From the NCBI GenBank assembly GCA_963741945.1, contig CAVUKA010000003.1:787998-851997 (forward strand): a DNA stretch of 64,000 nt, read 5' to 3'. Positions 50,258 to 59,818 of this stretch are shown here, in pieces (the stretch's first letter is position 1; every line of letters starts with the position of its first letter). The position numbers and the translations under genes were made by a program. The DNA is from an uncultured Gemmatimonadales bacterium (GTDB lineage: Bacteria > Gemmatimonadota > Gemmatimonadetes > Longimicrobiales > RSA9). A model generated the notes under the pieces. The model had not been told where the DNA came from and made no database searches. It saw nothing but the letters and a program-made list of their open reading frames with translations.

Positions 50258-52417
50258 GTGCCTGAAGCCACGCGCACAAAGACCCAGGCGGTGCTGACGC
50301 TGGAGATTCCCGGCGACGGCACCGCCTGGCTCGTTTTCGACGATCCTGGCAGGAAGGTCAACATCCTTTCCACGCCCGTCATGGAGCGGCTGGACGCACT
50401 GCTGGACGAGGTGAAGCGGGGTGCGGCGGCAGGCGAAGTCCGGGCGCTGGTGGTGCGGAGCGGGAAGGACGGCAGCTTCATCGCCGGGGCGGACATCGAC
50501 GAGATCGTCGACATCACGGACCCGGTGGAAGGGCGGGCAAAGGCAGCGCAGGGGCAGGGCGTGTTCCAGCGTCTCGCCAGCCTCTCCATCCCCACGGTGG
50601 CGGCCGTGGACGGCACATGCGTGGGTGGCGGCACGGAGCTGATCCTTGCCTGCGACGTCCGGCTCGCCAGCGACCGAGCGGAAACCAGGATCGGGCTGCC
50701 GGAGACCCGCCTGGGGATCCTCCCCGGCTTCGGCGGCACCACGCGCCTCCCCCGCCTGGTGGGGCTGGCGGCCGCCGCGGACATCATCCTGGCGGGAAAG
50801 TCCGTGGACGCGCGCAAGGCGCAGAAGATCGGGCTCATCGAGGAGCGCATGCACGCGGGCGTGCTCTACGACCGCGCCCGCGAAGTGGCGCTGGGCATGG
50901 CCGATGGTGGTGCTGCGCCCTCCCGGTCGAAGCCGCCGCTGCAGATGCGGCTCATGGAAGCCACGGCGCCGGGCCGGGAGCTCATCCTGAGGCAGGCCCG
51001 CAAGCAGGTCATGAAGCAGACCCGGGGGCACTACCCCGCCCCGCTCCGGGCCATCGACGTGATGCGCCGCTCCGCCGGCGCTCCCATCGGCAAGGCGCTC
51101 GCGCTGGAAGCGCAGGCGCTGGGCGAGCTCGTCGCCACACCGGAGTGCAAGAACCTGATCCGCGTCTTCCGGCTCATGGAAGGCGCGAAGAGAGCCGCGC
51201 CCGACGCGCGGCCCCGGAGCGTGGACCGGGCCGCAGTGCTCGGCGCGGGCGTGATGGGCGGCGGCATCGCGCAGCTCCTGGCCTACCACGAGATCCCCGT
51301 CCGGCTCAAGGACATCGATCGGGAGGCCCTTTCCACGGGCCTGCGCCACGCCCGCAGCATGTTCGACAAGCTGACCAGGCGGCGGAAGCTCCGGACGCGG
51401 GAGGCACGGGACCGGATGGGCACCATCGCCCCGTCGCTCGACTACACCGGCTTCGGTGCGGTGAACCTGGTGATCGAGGCCGTGGTCGAGCGGATGGACG
51501 TGAAGAAGGCGGTCCTGAGCGAGACGGAGGGGAAGGTCCGCCCCGGGACGGTGCTGGCGAGCAACACGTCGTCGCTCTCCATCACGGAAATGGCTTCCGC
51601 CCTCGAGCGCCCCGGCGACTTCGCCGGGATGCACTTCTTCAATCCGGTGGAGAAGATGCCGCTGGTGGAAGTCATTCGCGGCGAAGCGACCTCTGACGAT
51701 GCCGCGGCCACCGTGTTCGCGCTCGCGCTGCGCCTGGGCAAGACGCCCGTGCTGGTGCGCGACGGCCCGGGGTTCCTGGTGAACCGGATCCTCACGCCCT
51801 ACCTCAATGAGGCCGGGTACCTGCTCGGGGAGGGGGCGTCCATCGCACAGGTCGATGAGGCGCTGGTGGACTTCGGCATGCCCATGGGCCCGCTCCGGCT
51901 GCTGGACGAAGTGGGCCTCGACATCGCCAGCCACGCAGGGGACACCATGCACGAGGCCTTCGGCGAGCGGTTCGCGCCGGCCCCGGTGCTCCAGGCGCTC
52001 GAGGGGACGGACCGGCTCGGGCGCAAGAACGCGTGCGGCTTCTACACGTACGAGGATGGGAAGGCCACGCACCCGGATCCCGGCATGTACCAGGCTTTCG
52101 GCGCGGTGCCCCCCGGCGGACGGGCCGCCCCTCCACCGGCCACGATCGTCGATCGCACGATCCTCCCCATGATCAACGAGGCCGCCCGCATCCTCGACGA
52201 GGGGATCGCCCGCTCCGCCGACGACGTGGACCTCGCCATGATCACGGGCACCGGCTTCCCGCCGTTCCGGGGCGGCCTGCTGCGCTATGCCGACGAGCGG
52301 GGCCTGGACGGGATCGTCGCGCGGCTAAGGGAGCTGGCCGCCCGGTTCGGCGCGCGCTACGAGCCCGCGCCGCTCCTGGTCCGGAAGGCCGAAGCCGGCG
52401 AGAGGTTCGTCGTCTGA
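50258..52417 (+). CDS. Fatty-acid oxidation complex alpha (enoyl-CoA hydratase/3-hydroxyacyl-CoA dehydrogenase, FadJ/FadB-like)
   Basis: FIAGADI, GGGTEL, GLPETRLG, GAGVMGGGIA, SNTSSL, MHFFNPV. Confidence 0.93.
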   Translation: MPEATRTKTQAVLTLEIPGDGTAWLVFDDPGRKVNILSTPVMERLDALLDEVKRGAAAGEVRALVVRSGKDGSFIAGADIDEIVDITDPVEGRAKAAQGQGVFQRLASLSIPTVAAVDGTCVGGGTELILACDVRLASDRAETRIGLPETRLGILPGFGGTTRLPRLVGLAAAADIILAGKSVDARKAQKIGLIEERMHAGVLYDRAREVALGMADGGAAPSRSKPPLQMRLMEATAPGRELILRQARKQVMKQTRGHYPAPLRAIDVMRRSAGAPIGKALALEAQALGELVATPECKNLIRVFRLMEGAKRAAPDARPRSVDRAAVLGAGVMGGGIAQLLAYHEIPVRLKDIDREALSTGLRHARSMFDKLTRRRKLRTREARDRMGTIAPSLDYTGFGAVNLVIEAVVERMDVKKAVLSETEGKVRPGTVLASNTSSLSITEMASALERPGDFAGMHFFNPVEKMPLVEVIRGEATSDDAAATVFALALRLGKTPVLVRDGPGFLVNRILTPYLNEAGYLLGEGASIAQVDEALVDFGMPMGPLRLLDEVGLDIASHAGDTMHEAFGERFAPAPVLQALEGTDRLGRKNACGFYTYEDGKATHPDPGMYQAFGAVPPGGRAAPPPATIVDRTILPMINEAARILDEGIARSADDVDLAMITGTGFPPFRGGLLRYADERGLDGIVARLRELAARFGARYEPAPLLVRKAEAGERFVV

Positions 52418-52962
52418 CCGATCTGCCGCTCCCCCGCCCGGTCGAGATCCACTACCTGCGCCCGCCCGACCGCGCGCAGCTGTTCTCCCAGACCCTCGTC
52501 CACGAAGGCGACGCCCTGGTCACGTACCTCCCCGCCGCGGGCGTGTCCCGGCCCACCGTGGTGAACGGGCAGACCGTGCTGGAGGCGGCGTCGCCCGTGG
52601 TCTGGCTCACGTTCCCCGGTCGGGCCCACGACATCGGCCGGTTCCACACCCCTGACGGCCGCTTCACCGGCTACTACGCCAACATCCTCACGCCGGTCGC
52701 AGTGGAGCGGCGGGCGGCCGGCGACGTATGGCGCACCACCGACCTGTTCCTCGACGTTTTCCTGACCCCCGGCGGCGAGGCGTTCGTGCTGGACCGTGAC
52801 GAGCTGGAGGAGGCCATCGCCGCCGGCTGGGTGGACGCGGAAACGGCGAGACGCGCCGAGCGCGAAGCCGCGACGCTGGTGCGGTCGGCCCGGGAGGGGA
52901 GCTGGCCGCCGGCCGTGGCGCGGGAGTGGACGCTGGAGCGGGCGAGGCGGGCGGCGCAGTGA
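52414..52962 (+). CDS. DUF402-family protein (start codon unclear, possibly CTG)
   Basis: GYYANILTP, TTDLFLDV, LDRDELEEA. Confidence 0.75.
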   Translation: MTDLPLPRPVEIHYLRPPDRAQLFSQTLVHEGDALVTYLPAAGVSRPTVVNGQTVLEAASPVVWLTFPGRAHDIGRFHTPDGRFTGYYANILTPVAVERRAAGDVWRTTDLFLDVFLTPGGEAFVLDRDELEEAIAAGWVDAETARRAEREAATLVRSAREGSWPPAVAREWTLERARRAAQ

Positions 52963-53036
52963 GCCCGAGCGGCTTCCGGATCCAGGGGCAGACGCCAAGC
53001 ACGGTCCGGAAAAGGGGATCGGCCATCGTCGCACGG

Positions 53037-53063
53037 TGTAACGAAGCCGATCAGGAACCCGAC
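53037..53063 (+). promoter_or_regulatory. Possible ECF sigma promoter
   Basis: TGTAAC-N17-CGAC, 20 nt upstream of a DsbA-family gene. Confidence 0.35.
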
Positions 53064-53083
53064 GGAGTGGAGACGACACGACG

Positions 53084-53797
53084 ATGATGGGACGGAAGCT
53101 GACCGGCCTGCTGGCGCTCGGCGCCGCACTGGGCCTATTCGTACCGGCCACCCTGGTGGCGCAGTCCGAGGCGGGGGCGGCGGGTGCCGAGAGCGCGCTG
53201 ATCGAGCGGGCGCTGGCCAGCCGCACGGCGGGGCCCGACAGCGCCGCCGTGGTGGTGTTCGAGATCGCCGACTTCCAGTGTCCGTACTGCGCCCAGTTCG
53301 CTACCACCGTGGGCCCGCAGGTGATGGACCGGTACGTCCGCAGCGGGAACGTGCAGTGGGTGTTCGTGAACATGCCCCTGCACAGCCATCCGCTGGCCTG
53401 GGGCGCGGCTGAAGCGGCGCTCTGCACCGGCGCGGCCGGGGGCGATTTCTGGGCCATGCACGACCGGCTCTACGGCCAGCAGCGCGCCTGGACGAACCTG
53501 GACGACCCGTCGGATCAGTTCGCCCGCATGGCCACCGATGCTGGCGCGTCACCGGGCGCCTACGCCACCTGCGTCGCACGCGACCAGGTGGCCTCCCTCA
53601 TCCTGCAGGACTTCGGCTCGGCCGTGAGCGCGGGGATCAACGGCACGCCCACGTTCGTGATCACCCACAAGCAGCAGGTGCTGGACCAGATGGTGGGCGT
53701 CCAGACGATCAAGACCTGGACGAACGTCCTCGACCTCGCGCTCCAGGGGAAGTCCGCCCAGCGCCCCGCCGCCGACTCCGCTGGATCCGGGGGCTGA
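53084..53797 (+). CDS. DsbA/BdbD-family thioredoxin-fold protein
   Basis: DFQCPYC, GINGTPTF, signal peptide. Confidence 0.9.
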   Translation: MMGRKLTGLLALGAALGLFVPATLVAQSEAGAAGAESALIERALASRTAGPDSAAVVVFEIADFQCPYCAQFATTVGPQVMDRYVRSGNVQWVFVNMPLHSHPLAWGAAEAALCTGAAGGDFWAMHDRLYGQQRAWTNLDDPSDQFARMATDAGASPGAYATCVARDQVASLILQDFGSAVSAGINGTPTFVITHKQQVLDQMVGVQTIKTWTNVLDLALQGKSAQRPAADSAGSGG

Positions 53798-53851
53798 GCC
53801 GGCTCCGGGGGCTGAACCGGCTCCGGGCGGCTGAACCGGGTCCGGGCGGCG
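53786..53851 (+). repeat. ~3.5 copies of an 18-19 bp tandem repeat across the stop codon
   Basis: TCCGGGGGCTGAGCCGGC / TCCGGGGGCTGAACCGGC / TCCGGGCGGCTGAACCGGG / TCCGGGCGGCG. Confidence 0.75.
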
Positions 53852-53921
53852 AGCGACGGGGGCGCGGGCCGGGCTGACAGCTCGCCGCGCCTTCGCGTGG
53901 GGCGATGTGCTTCGCGCGCCC

Positions 53922-54365
53922 TCAGCTCTCCCGGCGCCGCCGCAGGCGCCCCACTTCGGGGAGCGCGGCAATGAAAGCGAGGGTCGAGACGGTGGCGGAG
54001 CCGATGCACCAGCGGCACCAGGCCCCGATCACCCATTCCTCGAGGGCGCTCAGATAGAGCGTGAAGACGAACGCCACGCCGGTGAGCGTGACGAGCGCGG
54101 TGGAGACCCACGCGCGCTCGGCCAGACCGGCCCGCGTTCCGGCGAGTGCCACGACCAGGATGGCGATGTAGCCGGCGAGGCCCAGGGCGGCGACGGGAAT
54201 GCCGGCGAACATGGCATAGCGGGAGGCCTGCACGGTCTCGCAGCCGCCGCCGACGCCACAGATCACGGTGGGGATCAGGCCGAGCTTGTACAGCAGGAGG
54301 TAGCCGGCAATGAAGATCCCGGCCATGGCGAGCACCGCGATGGCCTGGCGATTGACGAGGTTCAT
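53922..54365 (-). CDS. Vitamin K epoxide reductase (VKOR) family protein
   Basis: Loop cysteines CGVGGGC, GIPVAALG, WCRWC, 4 TM helices. Confidence 0.92.
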   Translation of the reverse strand: MNLVNRQAIAVLAMAGIFIAGYLLLYKLGLIPTVICGVGGGCETVQASRYAMFAGIPVAALGLAGYIAILVVALAGTRAGLAERAWVSTALVTLTGVAFVFTLYLSALEEWVIGAWCRWCIGSATVSTLAFIAALPEVGRLRRRRES

Positions 54366-55120
54366 TGGCCCGGGGTCGCTGCCTCCGCGGCAGTGGAGTC
54401 GAGGACCCGGAGCAGGTTGCGCTCCATGTCGCCCACGGTCCGGCCGCCGACCTGTCGATTGTTGACGAGCACGGTGGGCGTGCTGTTGACGCCCAGCTGT
54501 TCGCCGACCATGCGGTTGGCCGTGACCACCTGCGCGTACTGGTCGCTCTTCAGGCAGCGCTCGAACGCGCCCGCGTCCAGCCCGATCGCCTTCGCGTAGC
54601 CGACGAACGTGTCCTCCACGTCCCGCTGCGCGCTCCAGTTGGGCTGCTCCTGGAAGAGCTTCTCGTGCATGGGCCAGTACCCGCTCTCGCCGTTCAGCTG
54701 CTGGGCGCCGGCGCAGCGCGCGGCGCGCGCGGCCAGGAAGGAGTGGATGTGGGTGCCGCCGAGGGGGAAGTCGTAGAAGATCAGCTCGGCCTCACCGCGA
54801 TCGATGTACGGCATGAGCTTCGGCCGCACCTCGAGCGAGAACTCCCGGCACGCGGGGCACATGAAGTCGGCGAACTCGACGATCTTGATCGGCGCGTTCT
54901 CGTTTCCAATGCGGACCGGCGTGGCCTGCTCGTACAGCGCACGCGCATCGGACGCGTCCAGCTCCACGGGCTCCGTGGCGGCCGTGCCGCCTCCACCCGT
55001 GAGCGCGTACCCCAGGGCGGCCAGGCCGATGACGGCGACCACCGCCAGCACGGCATAGAAAATCCCGTTCCCCCCGCCACCCTTCTGGGCGGGCGACCCC
55101 TTCCGCTGTCTCTGCGCCAC
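54362..55120 (-). CDS. Membrane-anchored DsbA-family protein
   Basis: DFMCPAC, GVNSTPTV, N-terminal TM. 4-nt overlap with VKOR. Confidence 0.9.
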   Translation of the reverse strand: MAQRQRKGSPAQKGGGGNGIFYAVLAVVAVIGLAALGYALTGGGGTAATEPVELDASDARALYEQATPVRIGNENAPIKIVEFADFMCPACREFSLEVRPKLMPYIDRGEAELIFYDFPLGGTHIHSFLAARAARCAGAQQLNGESGYWPMHEKLFQEQPNWSAQRDVEDTFVGYAKAIGLDAGAFERCLKSDQYAQVVTANRMVGEQLGVNSTPTVLVNNRQVGGRTVGDMERNLLRVLDSTAAEAATPGQ

Positions 55121-55229
55121 GCTCGACCCCCTCGCTGTGTTGCGGCTCGTTACGCCCTCGCTGATACACGCCGGAAGATGACGGGGTTTCCGGGTGGGTC
55201 AAGGGCGGCGGACCACCCGGCCCGGTCGC

Positions 55230-55919
55230 TCAGCCCACCGTGGCGAGAAGCGCGTCCGTATCCCGCAGGTCGGTCAGGACCACATCGGCGCCAGCCTCCT
55301 CGAGCTCGGCCACGCTGTGCTTCCCGGTGGCCACGGCCACGGCCCACACACCCAGCTCGCGGCCGCACGTCACGTCGAACGGCGTGTCCCCGATGATGAC
55401 GATGTCGCGACCGCGAAAGTCGATGCCCGTGCGCTCCTTCGCTCGCCGGACCGCCACGGCGGGGAGCCGGTCCCGGCGCTCGTGGTCGGAGCCGAACGCG
55501 CCGAAGTCGAAGCGCTTCCAGAGGTCCACGGCGCCCAGCTTCAGCCGGGCCCCGGGCGCGATGTTCCCGGTGAGGAGGGCCACCAGGTGGTCGCCCGTCT
55601 GGTGCAGCCGGTCGAGTGCGGTGTAGACGCCGGGCAGGACGCGCGTGTCGGCGTCCGGCCGCGCCAGCTCCACTTTCAGCTCGCGCAGGTACGCCTCCCA
55701 GAGGAGCGGGAGGGCGGGGTCGATACGCGCGTCCTCGAAGCCGGCCATGTGGAGCAGCTCGCGGGCGATCTGCGGGTCGGTCCGGCCATGGAAGTCGTAC
55801 GTGTCCATGGGCCCCGTCTCGCCATAGACCTGGAGCATGGCTCGTCGGAAGGAGCGCGACCCGGCCCCGTGCGTGTTGACCAGCGTGCCGTCGATATCGA
55901 ACAGGACCAGCTTCCGCAC
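55230..55919 (-). CDS. HAD-superfamily hydrolase
   Basis: FDIDGTL, LTGN, IGDTPFD. Confidence 0.92.
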   Translation of the reverse strand: MRKLVLFDIDGTLVNTHGAGSRSFRRAMLQVYGETGPMDTYDFHGRTDPQIARELLHMAGFEDARIDPALPLLWEAYLRELKVELARPDADTRVLPGVYTALDRLHQTGDHLVALLTGNIAPGARLKLGAVDLWKRFDFGAFGSDHERRDRLPAVAVRRAKERTGIDFRGRDIVIIGDTPFDVTCGRELGVWAVAVATGKHSVAELEEAGADVVLTDLRDTDALLATVG

Positions 55920-55922
55920 CGC

Positions 55923-56852
55923 TCAGCTCCCGTCCACGGCCCGCTCGATGGCCTCGGCCATGGCATCGGCCGCGAGTGCGCCAAGGGCGAGGAGAAGTCC
56001 CGGCTCCACGGGCGACGCCGATTCGGCGGTGGACACGGCGAACGTGACGTCGCCATCGAACGGCGTGTGCGCGGGGAAGATGCGCCGTGCCTGCGCCGCG
56101 GACCCCGCCCGCGCCAGCGACTGCAGCGCCGGCCGCGTCAGCGGCGCGTCCGTGGCGATCACGCACAGCGTGGTGTTCGTCCCCGGCACCGCCCCGCCCA
56201 GGGGCGCGCCGGCCTCCCCGCCGCGGAGGAGGGCGACGGCATCGACGAAGCCGCCATCGTCGCCCCGTGCCCCCGCCAGGATCCGGCCCCGGGCGTCCCG
56301 CACGTCGCCCAGCGCGTTCACCACCGCGAGCGCACCCACCGTGTAGCCGAGCGCCCGCAGCGATGCCGTACCCACGCCCCCGGGCGACACCCGGTCCGGG
56401 CCCAGGAGCTTGCCGACCGTTGCGCCCGTCCCCGCGCCCACGCGCCCTTCCGCCACGTCCGCCCCCGCGGCCTCGCACGCCGCCCTGCCCGCGGCCGCGT
56501 CCGGGCGCCGGTCCGGGCGGCCGGCCGCCAGGTCGAAGATCACGGCCGCCGGAACGATGGGGACGCGGGCGACCCCGGTGTCGAACCCCTGCCCGGCTTC
56601 TTCCAGCCACGCCGCCACGCCGTCCGCCGCCGCGAGCCCGAACGCCGAGCCGCCGGTGAGGAGGATGGCGTCCGCGCGCTCCACCAGGTGCAGATGCGAG
56701 ATGGCCTCCAGCTCGCGCGTGCCCGTGGCCGTGCCGCGCACGTCGCAGCCCGCGCGGAACGGCCCGAGGACCACGGTGCACCCGGTGCGCGCGTCGGGAT
56801 CGGTGGCGTGCCCGACGCGGATCCCCGGGACATCGGTGATCCGGCCGCTCAT
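55923..56852 (-). CDS. P1/DmpA-family peptidase
   Basis: ITDVPGIRVGH, GGSAFGL, G-NTT, HTPFDGD. Confidence 0.9.
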   Translation of the reverse strand: MSGRITDVPGIRVGHATDPDARTGCTVVLGPFRAGCDVRGTATGTRELEAISHLHLVERADAILLTGGSAFGLAAADGVAAWLEEAGQGFDTGVARVPIVPAAVIFDLAAGRPDRRPDAAAGRAACEAAGADVAEGRVGAGTGATVGKLLGPDRVSPGGVGTASLRALGYTVGALAVVNALGDVRDARGRILAGARGDDGGFVDAVALLRGGEAGAPLGGAVPGTNTTLCVIATDAPLTRPALQSLARAGSAAQARRIFPAHTPFDGDVTFAVSTAESASPVEPGLLLALGALAADAMAEAIERAVDGS

Positions 56853-56907
56853 GCCCCGGCCGTCGGAACGCCGGCGCAAGCCGGCCGGAACAGCGTCGCC
56901 TCCCGAC

Positions 56908-57654
56908 TCACCGGGCGGCGCGGGCGGCGCGCACCGCTTCCGCGAACGCGGTCATGAGGCGGATGTTGGGATCGGTGTTCTCCGCCTCCGCTTCCAGCCG
57001 TTCCGGGTGCCACTGGACGCCCAACACCCAGTCGCGCCCGGTGTGCTCGATCCCTTCCACCAGCCCGTCCGCGGCGCGGGCGGTGCACCGCAGCCCTTCG
57101 CCCAGGTCCTTCACGGCCTGGTGATGGAACGAGTTGATCTCCAGCGGCGCGCACTCCCCCAGGATCTCATACAGCCGGCTGTCTGGCGTGCAGTCCACGG
57201 TGTGGTGGTGCTGACCCCACGGCTCTTCCTGGTAGTGCGTGACCTGCTCGCCACGCTGGGTGGGCAGGTCCTGGTACAGCGTGCCGCCGAAATAGACGTT
57301 CAGGACCTGCATCCCGCGGCAGATGCCCATCACGGGGATGTTCTCCGCCATGGCCGCATCCAGCGCCGTCCACTCGGCGGCATCGCGCGCGGGATTCACC
57401 ACGTCGAGCTCGGGCACCGGCTTCTCGCCATACCTCGCGGGCACGATGTCCTCGCCGCCCGTGAGCAGCAGCCCGGACGCGATGCCCACCAGCTCGGCGA
57501 TGGCCTCGGGGTCGTGGGCGGGCGTGACCAGGACGGGAGTGAGCCCCACGCGCGCCAGGAGGCGGAGATAATTGGAGTAGATCTCCACCCGCGGCTGGCG
57601 ATCGCGGCCGCCCTGCGGATTGAGTGTGGTGGTCAGTGCGACGAACGGTTCCAT
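56908..57654 (-). CDS. Peptidase C26 / gamma-glutamyl-GABA hydrolase family
   Basis: LTGGED, GICRGMQ, NSFHHQ, VQWHPE. Confidence 0.92.
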   Translation of the reverse strand: MEPFVALTTTLNPQGGRDRQPRVEIYSNYLRLLARVGLTPVLVTPAHDPEAIAELVGIASGLLLTGGEDIVPARYGEKPVPELDVVNPARDAAEWTALDAAMAENIPVMGICRGMQVLNVYFGGTLYQDLPTQRGEQVTHYQEEPWGQHHHTVDCTPDSRLYEILGECAPLEINSFHHQAVKDLGEGLRCTARAADGLVEGIEHTGRDWVLGVQWHPERLEAEAENTDPNIRLMTAFAEAVRAARAAR

Positions 57655-58802
57655 GGCCTCGTTGTTCTCGTGCTCGATTCCGGAGCCACCGGTGCGGCTC
57701 CGCCCCGGGCGACGACCCCCAGCAAGAGCTGTCCCACCCGGTCATTGTCGACCACCCCGCCGAACGCGGCCGCGCCGGGGCCGCGAGCGAACAGCGGGAC
57801 CAGGGACGCCGTGTGGCCGGTGGTGGTGTAGTGCGCGCCGAACGTTCCCATCGGGTCGGCGTGGAGCGCCAGCCCGCCGGTGTTGTGGTCGGCCAGCACC
57901 ACGATCAGCGTGTTCGGGTGCTCCTCCTGGTACGCCAGCGCGCGGCGGATGGACAGGTCGAGGTCCAGCACTTCGGCGATGACCTCCTGGAGCGGCGCGT
58001 TCTCGTGTCCGCGCCAGTCGATCTGCGAACCCTCCACCAGCAGGAAGAAGCCCCGGTCCTGGTGCGACAGCACCCGCAGCGCCGATCCCGTCATCTCGGG
58101 CAGCGAGGGCTTCCGCTCCGTGGCCGTGCCGGGATTGTTCTCGGAGAACAGCCCCACCAGCGACCGGATCGTGTCGGGGTCCAGCGCGGCGAACGTCTCC
58201 GGCGAGTCCACGAACACGGACCGGCCGCGGAAGGCCGCCAGCAGGTCCAGCTGGTCCGCACGCCGGGTGGGGTCGAAATACTGGCGACCACCGCCCAGCA
58301 GCACCGTGGGCGCCAGCTTCGCGATCTGCGCCGCGATCTCCCAGTGCTCGTTCCGGCTGGCTACGTGGGCGAGGAACGCGGCCGGCGTGGCGTGCGTCAC
58401 GGTGGCCGTCACCACCACGCCGGTGCCCATCCCGTTCTTCTGCGCCACTTCCAGAACGGTCGGGAGCGGCGTCGTGTCGGTCGACACGGCGATCCCGCCG
58501 TTGTACGTCCGCTGCCCGGTGGAGAACGCGGTCGCGCCCGCGGCGCTGTCGGTGACCCGGCTGTCCGCGCTCTGCGTGGTCATCAGCCCGATGGTCGGGA
58601 AGCGGTCGATCGCCAGATCCGACGTCGCCAGCTTCGCGGCCGTCCAGTACGCCAGCCCTGCTCCGTCGGCGACGAAGAGCACCACGCTGAACGGCCCCCC
58701 TGCCGCCGGTGTCGGGGGCGGGGCGGGCCGCGCGGGCGGGCCGCACGCCGCGGCCGTGAGGAGGGCGAGGAGGGCGGCGCTGCGGCGTATCCGGAGTTTC
58801 AC
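57633..58802 (-). CDS. Alkaline phosphatase, lipoprotein
   Basis: FVADGAG, VTDSAAGATA, HATPA, EGSQIDWRGH, ADHNTGG. Lipobox TAAAC. Confidence 0.9.
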   Translation of the reverse strand: MKLRIRRSAALLALLTAAACGPPARPAPPPTPAAGGPFSVVLFVADGAGLAYWTAAKLATSDLAIDRFPTIGLMTTQSADSRVTDSAAGATAFSTGQRTYNGGIAVSTDTTPLPTVLEVAQKNGMGTGVVVTATVTHATPAAFLAHVASRNEHWEIAAQIAKLAPTVLLGGGRQYFDPTRRADQLDLLAAFRGRSVFVDSPETFAALDPDTIRSLVGLFSENNPGTATERKPSLPEMTGSALRVLSHQDRGFFLLVEGSQIDWRGHENAPLQEVIAEVLDLDLSIRRALAYQEEHPNTLIVVLADHNTGGLALHADPMGTFGAHYTTTGHTASLVPLFARGPGAAAFGGVVDNDRVGQLLLGVVARGGAAPVAPESSTRTTRPWNRSSH

Positions 58803-58825
58803 GGGTCCGTTCGGTTCCTGGTGGC

Positions 58826-59818
58826 TCAGCGCGCGGCCAGCAGCTCCGGCACGCGCGAGGGGTCGATGTTCCCGCCGGAGATCACGGCAGCCGCGGCCCC
58901 GCCGGACCACGCCCCCGACTCCAGCGCGGCGACGGTGGCCGCGCCGGAATACTCGACCAGCAGCTTGCCCCGCGCCAGCAGGCGACCGGCCGCGGCGCGG
59001 ATCGCGTCGTCATCCACGAGCACCACGTCGTCCACCAGCGCGCGGGCGTGGGCGAACGTGAGCGCGCCCACGCGGACCGGGAGCAGCCCGTCGGCGATGC
59101 TGTCCGTGGCATCCAGCGTCACCAGCTCGCCGGCGTCGAGAGAGCGACGCATGGCCGCGGAGCCCGTGGGCTCCACCCCCACCACCGCCACTCCGGGGCG
59201 GAGCCGCTTCACCGCCGCAGCAACGCCGCTCAGCAGCCCGCCCCCGCCGATCGGAACCAGGATCGCCTCCACGCCAGGCCAGTCCTCCACGATCTCCAGC
59301 CCGACCGTCCCCTGCCCCGCGATGATGTCCGGATGGTCGAACGGCGGGATCATGACCATGCCCCGCCGCTCCTGCTCCCGCTCCGCACGCGCCCGCCGCT
59401 CCTCCGACGTGGTCCCCTCCATCACCACTTCCGCCCCCAGACGCTTCGTCCCTTCCACTTTCACTGCCGGCGCGTTCACCGGCATGACGATGAGCGCCGG
59501 GACCCCGAACCGACGCGCCGCGTACGCCACGGCCTGGGCGTGGTTCCCGCTGGAGTAGGTGATGACGCCGCGGGCCCGCTCCTCCGCCGAAAGCCGGGAG
59601 ACCATGGTGTACGCGCCCCGGAGCTTGAACGCGCCGATCGGCTGGAACGACTCGCACTTCAGCCGCACTTCGCTCCCCACCACCTCCGTGACCCACGGCG
59701 CCGGGAGCAGCGGAGTGCGCACCGCCACACCTTCCAGGCCGCGGGCGGCGGCGAGGATCGAGTCGAGCGTGACCAGCTCCGCGGCCGTAGCGGCCGGGCC
59801 CCCGGACGCGGGACTCAC
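58826..59818 (-). CDS. PLP-dependent threonine/serine dehydratase
   Basis: [24 protein letters not shown]. Confidence 0.92.
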   Translation of the reverse strand: MSPASGGPAATAAELVTLDSILAAARGLEGVAVRTPLLPAPWVTEVVGSEVRLKCESFQPIGAFKLRGAYTMVSRLSAEERARGVITYSSGNHAQAVAYAARRFGVPALIVMPVNAPAVKVEGTKRLGAEVVMEGTTSEERRARAEREQERRGMVMIPPFDHPDIIAGQGTVGLEIVEDWPGVEAILVPIGGGGLLSGVAAAVKRLRPGVAVVGVEPTGSAAMRRSLDAGELVTLDATDSIADGLLPVRVGALTFAHARALVDDVVLVDDDAIRAAAGRLLARGKLLVEYSGAATVAALESGAWSGGAAAAVISGGNIDPSRVPELLAAR

